Made by a program: the position numbers and the translations under genes. A stretch of DNA of 64,000 nt from Thermoanaerobaculia bacterium (lineage in GTDB: Bacteria > Acidobacteriota > Thermoanaerobaculia > Multivoradales > Multivoraceae), in NCBI GenBank assembly GCA_963664405.1, contig OY761158.1, positions 3,232,001 to 3,296,000 of the forward strand, in the 5' to 3' direction. Positions 62,843 to 64,000 of the stretch are shown piece after piece; position 1 is the stretch's first letter; every line of letters starts with the position of its first letter. The notes under the pieces were generated by a model. It did no database searches. It was not told where the DNA came from and saw only the letters and a list, made by a program, of their open reading frames with translations.

Positions 62843-64000
62843 ACCCTGGAGCTGTTGGAGCTGGTCGGGCTGCAGAACGCCGAAGAACGGTTGAAGTCCT
62901 TCCCTCATCAACTGTCCGGCGGGCAACGTCAGCGAGTGATGATTGCGATGGCTCTGGCCAACGAGCCGGACCTTCTGATCGCCGACGAGCCGACCACGGC
63001 GCTGGATGTAACGATCCAAGCGCAGATTCTGAGCCTGATGAAGTCGCTTCAAGAGAAGCTCGGAATGGCAATGCTGCTGATTACTCATGATCTCGGCATT
63101 GTTCGCTTCATGGCGGAGCGCACCTACGTTATGGAAAGTGGCTTCCTCGTCGAGGAAGGCGAGACCCGCCAGCTCTTCAACTCGCCGCAGCATCCCTATA
63201 CGAGGAAGCTCTTGGACGCTGAGCCGAAAGGACTCTGCTCGATCCCTGACGGAGGCCGAATCCTGATCGAGACCAGGGACCTGGTGGTGAGATATCCGTT
63301 GGGTGGGTGGCCGAAGAAGAAGTTTCTGCGGGCGGTCGACGGAGTTTCGATTCAGGTACGCGAAGGCCACAGCCTCGGTGTTGTCGGCGAGTCCGGCAGC
63401 GGCAAGACCACACTCGGAATGGCGATGGTGCGGTTAATCGGAAGTCAGGGGGAGATCCTCTTTGACGGCAGAAACATCCAGGGGCTCAGCTACAGAGAAA
63501 CGAGGCCTCTTCGCAAGGAAATACAGATCGTCTTTCAGGATCCGTACGGCAGCCTCTCTCCGCGCCTGACCGTCCGTCAGATTATCGAAGAGGGCCTGGT
63601 GGTAAATATGCCCGAGCTCAGCGGAGAGAATCGCCGCCGGCGCGTGACCGAGATTCTTGGGGAAGTCGGTCTCCCGTCGGATATTCAGAAGCGATATCCG
63701 CATGAGTTTTCGGGGGGCCAGCGCCAACGAATTGCCATCGCCCGGGCGATGATTCTGAAACCACGCTTCGTCGTTCTCGACGAGCCGTCGTCTTCTCTGG
63801 ATATGACGGTCCAGGCACAGATCATCGAGCTGCTCAGAGAGCTTCAAGAGCGCCACGGCCTAACCTATTTGTTTATTAGCCACGATCTCAAAGTCGTGCG
63901 ATCGCTCTGTGACGAGATCGTTGTGATGAAAGACGGCAAGATCGTTGAACAAGGCGCGTCGGAACAGATCTATGCCGAGCCCAAGTACGAATACACGAAA
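62843..64000 (+). pseudogene. 5'-truncated YejF-like double-domain ABC ATP-binding protein; runs off window end
   Basis: Open frame TLELLELVGL...[44 protein letters not shown]...HPYT..LL...GESGSGKTT...YPHEFSGGQRQRIAIARA; first Walker A missing. Confidence 0.85.

Overview
GC-rich bacterial DNA, by inference from an Acidobacteriota-like (Thermoanaerobaculia-type) heterotroph. Several single-base frameshifts and gene remnants point to long-read assembly errors and/or genome erosion. The main feature is a tightly packed 8-gene minus-strand operon (7133-19808) that reads like a complete trans-envelope electron wire. It encodes a penta-heme cytochrome c, a beta-barrel-like outer-membrane protein, an octa-heme (2x c554-like) cytochrome, a 2x cNMP-domain/4x[4Fe-4S] protein, a membrane protein with two His-x13-His pairs (di-heme b-like), a membrane-anchored deca-heme cytochrome, a dual-FHA protein and a TrxB-like flavoprotein-FHA-FHA-[2Fe-2S] fusion. 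The operon ends 14 bp from a convergent transmembrane Ser/Thr kinase. Also present: acyl-CoA/CoA-transferase catabolic genes (including a probable mct bracketed by CTAG-ended palindromic repeats), gdhA, hydrolases, a ~21 kb polyprenyl-phosphate-sugar/GT-C surface glycosylation island (24-45 kb), prolyl oligopeptidase, a class IV aminotransferase, an Nramp-like transporter, a heterodimeric ABC exporter and a deleted/fused yejA-yejF-like locus. No rRNA, tRNA, CRISPR array or transposase was recognised.
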